Origin: Eledone cirrhosa
Taxonomy: Eukaryota
Assembly: GCA_964016885.1 (NCBI GenBank)
Contig: OZ024741.1
Location: 71,672,001 to 71,736,000, forward strand
DNA: 64,000 nt
Direction of reading: 5' to 3'
In this document: positions 63,157 to 64,000 of the stretch, one piece after another
Layout: the number at the start of each line of letters is the position of its first letter
Position numbering within the stretch: position 1 is the first letter of the stretch
Program-made: the position numbers and the translations under genes
Notes under the pieces: model-generated
The model's database searches: none
The model's input: only the letters and a program-made list of their open reading frames with translations
What the model was told of the DNA's origin: nothing

Positions 63157-63798
63157 TTTTCCGAAGGCCCAGCCGCCTTACCCGTCTTCATATCTTTGAT
63201 TGCCTTACTTATTATACTACCTTCAACTAACACTGCTGGTCCCTCTATTGGATCGATTTGGGGGAGACTGTCTTTCTCCCATTTGTTCTCCTCATTTAGA
63301 AGCCTTTCGTAGTGACACTTCCAAGCTACCTTCTTATCAGCGTCGGTGATGGCAAGTATGCCATCATCGTTAAGTACACACTTCTCCCCGACAATATCAC
63401 GGTTCTCCTTGACACATTGCCTGGCAATCCTGAACACCTCACGTTTTTGGTCCTCACGTTGTAGAACATGCTTGAACTTTCTTTCCTCTGCTTCTTTTCT
63501 TGCGAAGTACACTTGTCTCCTAGCTTCCCTCCTGGCCACTTGATAGTCTTCTCTACTTCCCCCATCCCGCCATACTTTCCAAGCCTGCTTTTTGGCCTTA
63601 ATTGACTCCTCCACCTTACTGTTCCACCACCATGTTACTCTCCTCCTACCTACAGGCCTGCTCCAGCCACAGACCTCGTCTGCCGCCGTCAGCAGGTTTG
63701 CTCTCAGGAATTCCCACTGTTCCTCTATATTATACGACTCTAATTGCTCTTCCTTACTGTCGAAAGCGTCAAGTAATTTGCTTTGAAATTTATTTCTT
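63152..63798 (-). pseudogene. RTE subfamily A internal fragment (endonuclease-RT linker) in opposite orientation
   Basis: [15 protein letters not shown]...GKAAGPSE matches 33585-34222. Confidence 0.95.
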
Positions 63799-63811
63799 AT
63801 ATGTATGTATA

Positions 63812-63858
<47 letters not shown>

Positions 63859-63887
63859 GTATATATATATATATATGTATATATATG

Positions 63888-63947
<60 letters not shown>

Positions 63948-63959
63948 TGTATATATATG

Positions 63960-63997
<38 letters not shown>

Positions 63998-64000
63998 TAT
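63799..64000. repeat. (TA)nTG microsatellite
   Basis: Direct reading. Confidence 0.98.

Overview
Repeat-only eukaryotic (animal) genomic window; the SINE/RTE repertoire and extreme (TA)n content suggest an octopus/cephalopod (inference). No host gene is recognisable. 1-18.6 kb: a 56-bp tandem satellite (~330 monomers) with an irregular 2.5-3.9 kb higher-order structure. 18.6-28 kb: old AT-rich DNA with tRNA-derived SINEs, decayed RTE pieces, a Helitron 3' end (PIF1 helicase remnant) and a possible piggyBac-type MITE. 28-64 kb: a nest of young retroelements separated by irregular (TA)n/(TATG)/(TACA) arrays. It holds many RTE LINE copies of two subfamilies, one CR1-like LINE with an uninterrupted ORF2, and two 5'-truncated Penelope-like elements (PLEs; C-terminal GIY-YIG with CxCx5C linker). 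Each PLE carries a variant minimal hammerhead ribozyme in its pseudo-LTR (28187-28234 minus; 52022-52068 plus). The nest also has small 'hairpin+tail' fold-back elements, one family of which folds back at what looks like hammerhead stem II. A 200-N gap and a segment duplicated at a ~5.6-5.8 kb offset are also present. All long Y/I/M/C/V-rich ORFs are microsatellite artefacts.
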